Assembly: GCF_006345805.1 (NCBI RefSeq)
Contig: NC_042999.1
Location: 11,656,001-11,720,000, forward strand
DNA length: 64,000 nt
DNA from: Octopus sinensis
Lineage: Eukaryota
Direction: 5' to 3'
In this document: in pieces, positions 36,927-49,609 of the stretch
How positions within the stretch are numbered: position 1 is the stretch's first letter
How the letters are laid out: every line of letters begins with the position of its first letter
Notes under the pieces: model-generated
What the model was told of the DNA's origin: nothing
Databases searched by the model: none
The model's input: the letters and a program-made list of their open reading frames with translations, nothing else
Program-made: the position numbers and the translations under genes

Positions 36927-37959
36927 TCATTACAAATGGCTGTTTAATTTATTACTGCTTCAATTACGTAATCAGGTTTTTATACCAAGGGACGGCTATT
37001 TGCAACATCAGTTAATGTTTTATTTAATCCCCTCCCCCCCTACATTGGAGACAACGAACTGTCATCCAAACATGTGGCTGGTTGCAAATACCATCGAAAA
37101 GGCCTCCAAAAAGCCGAAATTGGGAACTTTTCAGTTTGGCTGTACTTTTTGAGATTCTAAAAATAAGTGAAAATTTTCAAATTTTGTGTATTGATGTAAT
37201 TTTTCATGCTGAATCTCAAGGTTAATTCACTTGTTCCAGAAAAATTTTGAAAAAAGTTACAGAGAGGCTTAAAGTTTGATCGTTTTACCCAGTCAGAAAA
37301 CAGGATTTGGGAGCTGTCATTTTGTGTGACTGCATTGCGACGATAGCACGTGTTTTAATATCAAACTGTAAACAAATGAAATATTGGCAGAATTCTGTTT
37401 TACACACACCATATAACTTTGTTATTCTTTGGAATTTTCAAAAAAATTTAATGAATTGTATTCTGCACACGGGGATTCATGCGATTTTGCAAAAAAAAGT
37501 TTGGTGCGTGATTTAAGGTCTATTTAGCTGTTATTTTTAGTACATCTCATGACCACCTTATACCTCATGTGCGTTAAGCAATTTATAAGCGACAAAAAGA
37601 GCACCTGGTAAACAGCTTAGTAACAGCTTGGCTTGTTACTATGGAAACAGACACCTATATCTCTGTAGCTTTCAATTGGCTAAGATTACCCAACATTTGC
37701 AAACTTTAAAAGTTATAAACTCTTTATTTATTGATTTAGGGTGAGAATTAATTTCATGTCAATAATTACCATACAAAACTACATTAACACACCAAATATG
37801 AAATCAATTTGAATAAAATTGAAGAAATTGATAAGTGGCAGTCAAACAGAAAAGATCTGAGAAATTTATCTCTCGCGTTCTCGCTGGCCACCGATGGGGG
37901 CAAATTTTCATCTCCCTCCGATATTTATTGTGTCTTTAAAACAGCAAGTCCACAAGAGA

Positions 37960-38640
37960 TACTATCTCAGGACAAATACTGCAGTAAGTGGGCTGTCGAC
38001 AGTAATCAGAGGAAGGTTAACGGAGAAAGTAATGTTTGGATGTGGAAAATGCAAAGGTGCCATAAATTCACAGGAAATTGTTTGTCTGAAATGCTCTGGA
38101 GACTCCCAAGAGGTAGAAGATAATTTCTGTTACTTTGATTACCTAATTAGCAGTGGAAGAGGGTGTTGTGAAAGTGTAGTTGCTAGAATAAGAGTAAGAT
38201 GGAGAAATACAGTTCTATATTTAAGAGATGAGGAATTATGTACATTATTTACATTAATTACATTTGACGGGTTTTGTCCTCATTTTGTTTGTTGTTAACA
38301 CAATGTTTCGGCTGATATACCCTCCAGCCTTCATCAGGTGTCTTGGGGGAAATTTCGAACCTGGGTTCTCATTCCTAAGCCATTTTTCGATGTTATTATT
38401 TATTATTATTATTACTATTATTATTGTGTGGTGTGTATGAATGAAGGCAGCTGCACAAAGAAGCACTGGTCACTTAAAATGGATGGAACTCATGGAAGAT
38501 GGAGACACCGGACAACATGGGATGAAGTACTGAAGGCTGATCCTAAGATGCTGAACCTTATGGAGGAGATGACAACGGATTGAGATGATTAGCGATTTGC
38601 TATGGTCAAGAAGACCTGTTCATCATAGAAATGATATCCA
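37960..38640 (+). mobile_element. RTE LINE fragments interrupted by a hammerhead-bearing element and (TTA)n
   Basis: CGKCKG...DNFCYF..LISSG.GCCESVVARIR before, and GRWRHRTTWDEVLK after, the 38241-38392 insert. Confidence 0.65.
38298..38341 (-). ncRNA. Minimal type I hammerhead motif with canonical CUGAUGA core, within a ~150-bp pLTR-like element (38241-38392)
   Basis: Minus strand ACAC-CTGATGA-A-GGCTG-gagggtatat-CAGCC-GAAA-CATT-GTGT; helix III palindrome ACGT reads ACAT (likely CpG decay). Confidence 0.65.
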
Positions 38641-39286
38641 AAACCACCTTGCTTATGCTTGTACCCGTGGGGCCCTGCCTCAACCTCTTCCTTGCATCTC
38701 ATTCCTGACACCTGTCATTTCTATATGGTACTTCTCACCTGCTGTAATCCCCTGTGCATAAAGCATCCTCTCCCTCCTGCTTAGCTTCCTTTCCCACTTG
38801 CCAGCAACCACTTCCATTCCTTACCATCATCTCTGTCCATTTTATTTCGTCCATTACTCTCCCTCCCCCCTCTACTATATTTATCCTCTGTTCTTAAAAC
38901 TCTTAATGATGCCCTCTTATATCTACCACAACACTTCACTTACCATATACTCCTGCAGATCTCACTAGCATTCGCTCCATTCCCCCCTATTAACCATCTC
39001 CCTTCACACTCTTATGAAACTGTACCCTTCTATCCCTCCTCTCTTTCCCTTCTCCCTGTTCTTTCCTTGCCTTGCAAAATACTTGGCAGCCTCACCAGGA
39101 AGGCACCCAGCACACCACTCTGCAAAGCGGTTGGTGTTAGGAAGGGCAGCCAGCCGTAGAAATCACGACAAAGCTGACATTGGAGCTCGTCACCGTGCAA
39201 CGGCTTGCTGGATCCTCTCAAACTGTCCAACCCATGCCAGCATGGAAAATGCACTTTAAATGTTGTTGATGATGAGAATGGTGTGT

Positions 39287-39349
<63 letters not shown>

Positions 39350-39350
<1 letters not shown>

Positions 39351-40571
39351 ACACATGGCAGAAGTAAGTAGACACCTCATAAAACATTGTTTTGTTTATT
39401 TCAACTTGAAAAGGTTTATATTTCTTATTAATTGACATTTTTCTGTTTCAGGTTCTAAATGTGACTGTTCAATCATGCCACGTACAAAAGAAGCCTTGGC
39501 ACTGTCCAAATTTCGAAAAGGCCATATTGTGGGTAAATCTGAAGGTGAACTTAGTGTAAAATCGCAGAAAACCTTGAGATCCCACTTTCTACAGTTAATA
39601 GAGTGATTGTGTAATTCACCAGAGAGGGGAAGGAGTCCACATCACCTTGACCAGGGACCTTTGACAGGACTCTTCGCTTTAAGAGAAATGTGGAGGATAA
39701 TCCTCATTGCGGGGCCTCTGACATAGCAGAACAAGTTGACGTCAGTCCCAGAACAGCTGTCAGGTGTCTCCACAAACTTGGTTACTATGGCAGAGTAGCA
39801 AGAAGGAAGCCACTTCTTCAACCGGCCAATGTCAAGCAGAGGAAAGAATGGGCCAGTGAAATGGTGGAGAGGTCACCAGCATTTTGAACACTGTCCTATT
39901 CTGTATTGAGTCCAAATCTGCTGAATTTTCTGACAGTGGTTGAGTGTCGGTTTGGAGAGTCTGTGATCAAGAATTTGACGTGAAAAGATTGCAGCCAACA
40001 ATGAAATACGACAGCTATTCTGTGATAGTCTGGGTTGCAATTTTGAGTAGTGGTCAATCAGAGTTGGTGGAGTGTGAAGGAAACATAAGCTCAGATAAAT
40101 TTGTGTCCTTATTGCCGAAAGGACTCCTTCCAATCTTCTCCAGCGGTGAAATGATTAAAGAAGACTATTTATGGAAGATAGGGCTCCTTGTCACACGGCT
40201 AGAAAGACCCATGATTGGTTTGAAGAGAATGGCATTAAAAAGCTTCCATGGCCAAGCCAGTCACCAGATATGAACCGTTTTGAATACGTCTGGGGTAAAA
40301 TGGAGAGGAAAATTCGTAAAAAGAACAAGAAAGCATTTTCAAAGTCAGAACTTTCGAGATTACTGCATGAAATTTGGCAAGAAATTCCTCAAGAGAATAT
40401 TCATCTTCAGAACAGTAGCATGCTTAATAGGGTCCTTGCACTGAAAAATGCAAAAGTTATGTCTACTAAATATTAGATATTCACACTATAACAATTAATA
40501 AATAAATTGAATAAATAATTTAAATAAATTTTGACTATTATAAGAGTGTCTATTTACTTCTGCCGTGCATG
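39350..40571 (+). mobile_element. Tc1 (DD34E-type) transposon, near full length, frameshifted
   Basis: 26-bp TIRs CACACATGGCAGAAGTAAGTAGACAC / GTGTCTATTTACTTCTGCCGTGCATG; MPRTKE..., GRVARRKPLL, QPTMKY..SV.VW, EDRAPCHTA, WPSQSPDMNRFEYVW. Confidence 0.9.
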
Positions 40572-42917
40572 AGTGTGTGCGATTAATAAGAATGAATATT
40601 CACACTTCAGTACCGCATGTTTCGAAAGCAGAAAATCCAGTCAATTAAAGGTGTAATTACATCCTAATGTACCTGTAATCTACCTTCTCATCAGCTACAT
40701 GGCTACTTATTATAGAAATCAATTTAGCATCGTTTATCGTACGTTACATATTCGTACGCTTATTTATCACATATTGTGCGATGCGAGTTGCTCATGAACT
40801 TGGAGTTGTGTATCACTTGTGATTCAGTCAAAGTGAGTCTTATATATTGATTTTATTGATCGTTCAGTCTTTGCTACGTGTGTTCTATCCAAGCCATTCA
40901 TATGCTAGATACTAACAAGCCATTGACCACAATCTGCATAATTCCCCCCCACACACACATGTGCACATATTATATAATCATGTCTGTAAGTCCCCCACAG
41001 AATAGCTGCATGTACCCGATGAGAAAAGACACCGTACAGCCATGAAACATTTGTAATGTTACATATGCACCCAGTGCCCCTTCTGAAACAGCTGTAGTGC
41101 TTGACTGTTTCTTCCTTACGTTTCATTGGCTGACTTGATTATTGCATAAGAAGCAATATTTACTGCTTTTGAACTGAAGTTCCATAATATTTGCCATATT
41201 ATCAGAATTTTGTGTCTAATCTCAAAATGGGATGAAGGTGTATTTGATGATTTTGGTTAATAAACTTTTTTTTTTATCAATTATGGATTCATTTGTGTTT
41301 TCTATATAACCCTTTGTTATGCCAGATGCTAACCAACTGTTTTTACCACGGTAGACTGATTTTTGAGTATATGTATAGAAAGTGTGAGGTATTGGATGGA
41401 AACCATATGCTTGCTACATATTTATCAATTGCTGTTTCCAATGGTATTTAAGAAAGAGGAAATAGAACGACAGAAAATGAAAAAGTAAGGAAAATATTGG
41501 TGTTTTTAACGAGGTCAGAGCCCTTGACGTGTATTAAAACTATCTTTGGTAAAGATTTAAAATTAAAACTTATAACGAAATGATAAAATCTTCGAGAATG
41601 TTCTGCCTGTATTTTGGTATGAAAATATAACAGACAGAAGAAGGCATTTGAAGTGATCTGACCATTTAGCTCAGCTTCCATTAGATATTATTACCATATT
41701 TGACAGAATATATAAAATGTTTGTTTTTTTTTTTTCAAAATATAAAAGAAAGAAGATACAAAATATTCCTCCGGATCCCATGTACAGAGTTAGGCCTCCC
41801 ATAAGTTTTAATGCACTGCAAACACTTTATATTGTTTGACTATGCACTGCTGAAACCGGGATGCGTTTTATACGCCCGTCTATCTTTTATGTCTTCAAAT
41901 ACGGTCACTAAAATAAACACTCCAAGGCATCCGTACCTCTCTGTGGAAGCGGTTTGGCACTGTTCTTTCGTTATCACATTTTAAAAGTTAAACAATTCCC
42001 TTCATTTACACAAATTATCTCCTTGAAGGAGCCTGAATATTATTAAATCTCATTTTCCCTTTAAAGACTAAGTAAAGAACCAGCGAGGAAGTTTGTATGT
42101 GGACGCTTTAAATGCTAGAAATAGCAGCATCATAATACTCATATGATATTGGCTGTCTTGAAGAATGAAAGACCTATTATATAATGTAGTCTAAGACACA
42201 CTTTGTCCCAAAACAGGATTGCCACGTCTGGAAAGACTTCGATTGCAAGTCTGCTTAAGGAAGACTAATCTGGCATTAATAAACAAACATTAGGTTGTAA
42301 TTGAAATACGATAAATGAGCAGATATTGAAAGATGAAGACAATTCCATGTCCTTCGGTTATCTCTCCTTCTTCGCTGAACTCATCCCAGGACTGCCATAT
42401 CTCACCTTTAACATCTCACCTTGCTACCATTCTCAACACCCTCAAACATCTGACGTCGATGACCTATTCTACTTTTGGTCCCCACTCACTATAACCACCC
42501 CTATGTACCTCTGACAGCCATCTCTACCACTGTACATCTCTCTCGTCCCCCTCACTTTCTCTCCTTGCACATCATCTCCCTATATTCTCATCTATCTTAC
42601 AGGCTTTCATTACACAGCCGCCCTCCACGCTTTCTATGCCATCACTTAACACCCCCTCCTTCCCCAGCCACAACTTTTCATTCGCCTCCCCCACCCCCAT
42701 TATATACTGATACCATCCGCCCCCATATCTCCATCCTTGTCCCACTCACTACATTCCCCTCTAGACCCATCAATCCCTTCTTACACTCTACTGAACTTAC
42801 CCTCCGCCCTTTCTTTGCCTGCATTCTCTCTCATACTCGTCCTCTTCTGTCTTGAAAGTACACTGGCACTTCATCGCTGTCTACTTTCCAGCTACCTCTC
42901 CATCCACCCTTATATAA

Positions 42918-43560
42918 TGTAGGGTAGACATGTACCCCACTAGAGGAAGACACCTGTGCCTGTCCGTCTATCAATACGTTTTAGCCTTTTAACACCCGGC
43001 ATAAATCCCTGCGCCCCCGCTACAACCTCACTGAATCGAGACGGGGTTACATGGCGACCTCATTAGTAAGTATTCTGTGAGTTACATGGCGACCCGGCTT
43101 AATAGTGTGTCTACGCCGCCTTTAAACGTGTTCTCAACAGTGAATACATTAAACTGTTGTTAATTTAAAGCAAAGTGTGAAAGAGTAACGGGGGAATGTT
43201 GAAACGCTACGGCGAGGATCGATTGGCAGTGGCGGGGATAAAGTATCAGTTTCGTTTATTTCCTTAGCTGCAGTTGTGGGTTTAAAAGTTGCCGTTATTG
43301 ACTGCGAAGGAGAAGGTTGCAACTACTTGGAGTAGCATCAGTAGCGAAGAAATGGCGGCAAGCAGCATCCCAACGATACCTTTGAAGTTAGTGCAGACAC
43401 CTCTGTAAAAAAAAAAGGATGGAAATCTGAAGAAACAATGTATCGTAAGAAAATCGGTATATTTTGTAGAGTTAATGAAGGAGATTGTCTGCAAAATCGC
43501 TTTGTATCTGGAGTTAATAAATAATTGAAGAGAAAATTAGGGCATCGAGGAAGATACGGC
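42918..43560 (+). mobile_element. Possible Gypsy LTR retrotransposon 5' relic (LTR ends, PBS-like motif, gag-like remnant)
   Basis: TGTAG...CTACA (42918-43024); two GTTACA|TGGCGACC junctions; downstream LQNRFVSGVNK*LKRKL resembles a gag RDRFVxG...RKL motif. A host promoter is not excluded. Confidence 0.35.
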
Positions 43561-44104
43561 GGAATCAAAGTTATTTTGAGGGGGAAAAAAACAAAGGCAA
43601 AAGTAGATGAGATTGGATGAGAAAAAAAGGGGTTAAAAAGAAGAAAGGATGCAGTCAACAAATCGATGGATGAATCTAAGGAAGAGAAGTGGGAAGATGA
43701 AGAAAAAGGTTTGGATATTGATTAGAGGGAAATAGAAACGGGAAACTGAAAATCAAATTGTGTCATCAGAATAGAGGGGGGAAAGATAAAAGACGAAAAG
43801 AAGGAAGGAGAAAAGGGAAAATAAATTTTTTAATGATATTTAGTGTTAGAACTAATGTTATTAGGAAGGCAATGGATATCAGGTGATTTCACTGACTTCC
43901 TCTGTAAATTCATGGTCTGAAATTAATAATTTCTAAAAAGTGTGAAATCTTGACAAACTGCGTCTAGTTGTGGGTTTTAATCAAAAAGCTTTCGTTCGTA
44001 GTTCGCACTTTTAGGCAGTTTGTGCATAAAGCTAAGAACGATCATATATTTATCTGAATTTTCCTTTTTTAAAAACCTTCATCGTTTATATTTACTTGTG
44101 TATA

Positions 44105-45606
44105 CGGGGGGAAGGGGGCTAAATTTGGCAGTTTGCACAAAAGAAAAAGAAAACACATTATCCTTTCCCAAAATAAAAGTATTTTAAACAATCAAAAACT
44201 AGATTATGGCTACTCAAAGTAGCCGCCCTCGGCTTCCCCGATGACCACAAGACGGCCCCGGAATCTGGCAAATGTTTCCTGGGGGAGAAGATCTTTGAAC
44301 ACCTCATTGATTTTGCTCCTTGACCTTGACCTTGGTGTTGTTAGCAGAGCAGTTGGTATCTCTGTCAATTGCCCCCCCCCCCACCACCACCACATAGTAA
44401 CCATAGTAACCCATAGGATTACAATCGGGAGGAATTAAGGAGCCAGAAATTGGGACTAGTAAAGTCGTAGAAATTCTCCGACAGCCATTTCTGACTCTTT
44501 TCAGAGATACGGCAAAAAGCCGGATCCTGCTGCCACACACACACACGGCCTCCGAGCAGCAACCTTCTCCAGCAGCTTCACATATCCGTTTGAATTGAGC
44601 CGAAAACCCTGTTTAAAGATATGGGACGGCATGATGTCACCCTCACTGGAGGCACACCCAAAATACCATCACACTTTGGGCGAACTTGGTTTTCACGATG
44701 TCCTACAGACTTTACAGTGTTGTTCACAGAGCATTGAACAACAGTCATGATGTCGGCATTTTCACACCTGGGGCGAATCATCGTGATTACAGATAACTCT
44801 TTTCCAATATTTAGAGTCCTCCATGTCAGCTTTTTCTCAACTACGAGGGGAAGTCAAAAATTATTCGTTCTTTCGCCATAACACATCTTTATTATTGTCA
44901 CACTGCCTTCTGCGCAAGCGCGCTGATAGTTGGTACTATTGAGGTCACATGATCGAAGTTTGAGCCTGATCGCACCATTTTTCTTTCTGGCTTTACAGTG
45001 AAAGCATGGCCGCTCCACTAGCAATGGGCACCAAAGAAGAACAAAGAACTGATCCGATTTCTCTGGCTGGAAGGTCTGTCAGATGCTGAAATCCATCGGA
45101 GGCTTTTAGCATAATACGGGGACAGTGCACACACCGTGTAGAAGTGTGTATGAATAGATCGAGAAGTTTAAAAGTGGCTGGACAAGTGAGGCGCATGAAG
45201 AGGAAGCAGGACGCTCGTCAGCCTCCACCATCGCGAAAAGATTCAGCAAGCTCAAGAGATGATAATAGGGAACCGGTTCACCATTGCCAATCTCTCGGAT
45301 CGCTGTTCTTTGTTCTGTTTTGGTGCACATTGGTGGTGGAGCGGCCATGCTTACGCTGTAAAGCCTGAAAGAAAAATGGCGTCATCAGGCTTAAACTTCG
45401 ATCACATGACCATAAGAGTACCAACTATAAGCACGCATGCGCAGAAGGCAGTGTGACACTAATAAAGATATGTTACGGCGAAAGTGCGAATAACTTTTGA
45501 CTTCCCCTCGTACAACTTTCATCTTTATGCTCTCCTCCACTAATATATCAAGATGTACCTGAAAAAAGGAGACATAAAAATCGTCAAATTTAGCCCGAAC
45601 ACCCTG
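44105..45606 (-). mobile_element. DD37D-like mariner/Tc1-superfamily transposon relic hosting a nested insertion
   Basis: C-terminus FARFRGRLVVIGEAEGGYFE*, internal TKF..SVM...SEGDIMPSHIFKQGFRLN; end CGTCAAATTTAGCCCGAACACCCTG|TA and degenerate partner at 44105. Confidence 0.75.
44844..45510. mobile_element. Mariner-derived foldback element with ~215-bp inverted arms
   Basis: TA|CGAGGGGAAGTCAAAA ... TTTTGACTTCCCCTCG|TA; both arms run into the transposase start (M(G/C)TK(E/T)EQR); middle has VYE*IEKFKSGWTS...GR. Confidence 0.85.
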
Positions 45607-46325
45607 TATGTGTTTGAGATTGTTTCAATCTATTTTAGATTTAGGGTTAGGGGTGGGGGAAGGGTATCTTTTTCTTCACAAATGTAAATAAACCCAATCT
45701 GTTTCTTAAAGGAGGGACATATTCATTATGCACAGAATGTTATTTACCGAAATGGACGTCAGCGATTGGTTAAAATTGCCGAAATGCAAGTAATTTCAGA
45801 CGAAATATCTTACAAACTATAGAATTTTCTCAATAAAGCCAAGAGAAAATGATGTTTTATAAACACATTCTACCAGTATACGAAGTTTAAAACTTTTTAG
45901 TTACCTATAAATTATGTTACAAACTGCCGTTCAAAAGGAAAAGAGCCCGTGTCTCTTTACAATAATAAATCACTCTAGAACGACATTACTGAAATGTCAT
46001 TCAAATTTATCCTTAAAATAAAATGTGTATCAATCGGAAAACAAAGTTAGTGTGAAATATTTACGTATTTCCAAACCAAATAACACATTTCTCTCGCAGT
46101 TGTATCCCCCACCCACCCACTTTAATACATCTAAAACTACTTTTTTTTATTTGAACAGTTTATTTATAAATATATTTCACGAAAAATCATTTGACAACTG
46201 TTTACCTCCTCTCCCTCCTTCACCCTCTCTCTCACACAAACACATGTTCTCTCTCTCTCTCTCGTTGTATCTCTCTAACCCTCCTCTCTCTCACACACTC
46301 CATTTTTTCATTTTAATAGGTATTA

Positions 46326-46359
<34 letters not shown>

Positions 46360-47426
46360 CATTATTATTATTATTATTATTATCAAGTGATAATTGTTTT
46401 CGCTTGTCAGTGATTAATACATTCCTGGACCAGCAGATGATAAATTGTGTTTACATTTAACTGGGGATTGCTAGAAAATTGTTGTTTGAAAATTAATAAC
46501 ACAAAACAATAGGTCGGGGTTTGCTTAGAAATAAATAAACAAAAATTGACAAAAGACTCCGTTTGATCACGTGCTCACAGTTCATTTGATGTGTGCATTT
46601 ACGTGTGTGTGTGTGTGTATGTAAATATATATATATGTGTGTGTATGTGTATACACACATATACGTATTTACATGGTGGAAGTCAACTCGTGACCGAATA
46701 AGACCCCTTTTCTAAACTCCTAAACTCAGTAAGTCTGTGCAAACGTTCCAAGAGTCCAAGAAATTTCTGTCATTGAATTTGTTTTGAGTGGATAAAATGT
46801 TGCACAGCACAGAACCCACTTTTCAGGGGAACCAATTATAAAACCAAAAACACGACCAGGAACCGACTGCCCTTGAGGTCTTTTATTTTTTTCTATATAA
46901 GAGTTTAACCCATAAAGGGCTGGGACTTGCACTTACATAGCATGGACTGCTGAGCACATTTTATGAAAATGAGACTACCATGCACACAAATAATAGTTAA
47001 AATATCCTCATAGTATATTCATCTGAAAAGTCATTAGTTGAACTATTAGTCCTCTTGCATTCTGGGTGGGTATTGGAGCGTCTGAGTGACATTAGACCCC
47101 CAACAAATGCCCATAAATTAAATGCATCTGGGTCACGATCGTGGCCCGTCGCGCTTTATGTGTTAACCTTCTTCCGGAAGAAGGTTCCATCGAGAATTAG
47201 AAGTCCTTCACTCTCAGTAGTTCACGTGCTAGTTAACCCATAGCAGGGACCCTAACAAGGATTGCTTCTCCGGGTCAGACCTGAGAACAATAGTGGCCAA
47301 GAGGTGGTCCCACATTCCTTAAAACCTTGCAACCCCCATTTGATGTATGAAATGACTGAAATATGTGATAAGAAGTTTGCTTCTCTACCACGTGGTTCCG
47401 GGTTCAACCTCATTGCGCGGCACATT

Positions 47427-48900
47427 TTACATTGAGACGATCTTCTTTGTGTAGCTTCTCTGAATTGCTTCGAGTTCTGCTGTTTGTTTTATATTGTGTG
47501 GTGACCATAGTTGGGAGCAGTAGTCCAAGCGGCTGAGGACGAATGTTTTCCAGAGGACCATCAGTGTCTCCTTCTCTCTTGTTCTGAAAGTTCGGAGAAT
47601 CCATCCAGCTAGCCGTCTGCATTTTATCACCAGATTAGCAATATGCACTTGGAAAGATGCATCATTGCTCATGTCAATGCCCAGGTCACGCACTGATTTT
47701 GACTCAGGGATTGCAATTCTTCCTGGGCCAGTGTATCCAGTCTTCACGTCGTTTACCTTTGTGTGCCGGTAGCGCAGGGCCTGGAACTTACTGCATTTAA
47801 CTGCATGGTGTTGTCCTCCGCCCACCTGTATATTTTATCCAACTCCTGTTGCAGATGCGCAATATTTTCAGGGTTTTGTATTGTGTGGGAGACTTTTGTG
47901 TTATCTGCATAGCTACCAAGGGTGGCCATCGTAGCAACTTAAGGCATGTCTGAAAGGGCCACTATGAACAGCAGTGGCCCCAAGACAGTGCCTTGTGGGA
48001 CACCGCTTGTTATTTGTGTTTCCTTGGAGGTGGCTCCATTGCTCACAACTGCCTGTCTTCTGTCTTTTTGGAAGTTGTGCAGCCACTCTCCAAGTTTTCC
48101 GCCTATGCTGAGACCACGCAGTTTGTGACAGATCATACCATGGTCGACTTTATCAAAGGCTTTTGCAAAGTCGAGATATATTACATCCACATTTGAGCCA
48201 TTTAGTAGCTGTTTTAACACCCAGTCATAGTGTTGCAGGAGCTGTGTCAGACAGCTTCTATCAGGTCGAAATCCATGCTGGGTGTCTGTCAGCAAGTCAT
48301 TTTCTTCAAGGAACATGATTAGTTTCTTGCGGACTATTCGTTCCATGACTTTGCTGATGTGTGAGGCTAGAGAGATAGGCCTATAATTTTTAGCATCTGC
48401 TCTGCTACCCCCCTTATGGATAGGGCATATTACCCCCTCTTTCAATTTGACTGGGAGCTTACCACTTGCAAGGAAGCTCTGAAAAAGAAGCTGTAGCAGT
48501 TTTGCAAGGGCTCGTTTGCACGATTTGAGAAGGATCGCTGGAAATCCACCAGGTCCAGCAGCTGAGTTTGTGTCAATCTCATCAATGGCTAGTGTGATAT
48601 CATCATCTTCAATGTTGATGTACTCAATTTTTGCCTCTTTGGCCGCAGGTAAAGTGGCAAAGAATTCTTCTGGGTTGTTTACTTGCCTGTGTCCCAGGGG
48701 TGTAGTGAACACACTTTGGAATTGTTCGTTCAGTATTTCACTTATCCTCGTGGGATTTCCTGTGAGAGAGCCATCTTTTTGGAAGAGAGATCTTATTCTC
48801 TGGTGCATTGTGACTGTGGCAAACTTAAAGAAAGCTTTAGGGTTTGATTTTATATTTTCTATTACTCAAACTTCTTTATCTGCTCTCTCCTTTTCATGGG
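47427..48900 (-). mobile_element. CR1-group LINE RT fragment (same family as 3185-5496)
   Basis: ORF 47939-48808 with KNYRPISL, YLDFAKAFDKVDHG, SGVPQGTVLGPLLF; ORF 47427-47825 with RDLGIDMS...LDYCSQLWSP. Confidence 0.92.
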
Positions 48901-49446
48901 ATTGATGTTAGGGGTGATGTGTTCGTAGAAATTGTCTGACAGCCATGACTGGGTTCTGCTTGTGTGGCATGGTGCAGAGCCCTGTTGCCTGACATAGGGT
49001 CTTCCAGCAGCCACCCTCTTGACCCAGGGCAGCACTACCTCTTCCAGACACTTGATATAGGCCTTCGTGTTGAGTCTGAGGCCGTGGGGGAAGAGGAATT
49101 GAAGCATAACATCGCCATCACTAGTAATCACTCCAGACACCAGGATGTTGACTGGATGTTTGAGTTTTATTACACTCAGTACATGTTTTGGGGAGACGGC
49201 AAACACTCAGATTGACAATCAAACACTCTGAAATGTTCGTGTTGGAACTTCCGGCGCGAATACCAAGCAGTATAGCAAGTCGTTTCCAACTTTCTGGCAG
49301 AGTGAATTACGTCATGGTGCCGTTTTTCTCACAGACGGTGCCCAACTGACCCTACTATACTGTGTAGTCGACAAAATCAAAAACAAACAATGCGCATGAA
49401 CGAAATTAAAAATATACAATGGCGACAATTTACGCATTGCACCCTG
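48895..49446 (-). mobile_element. DD37D-like transposon fragment with intact 5' end
   Basis: KHPVNILV.GVITSDGDVM...GLRLN..AYIKCLE.VV.PW...VAAGRPYV.QQ.SAPCH; terminal CACCCTG|TA at 49446 next to (TATG)n. Confidence 0.8.
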
Positions 49447-49609
49447 TATGTATGTATGTATGTATGTATGTATGTATGTATGTATGTATGTATGTATGTA
49501 TGTATGTATGTATGTATGTATGTATATGTATATAGAAAGTACACAATAAAATAAAGGAAGCATACATAAGAAAAAAGAAAGCAGGGAGAAAAGAAAATAA
49601 TGGATAATG

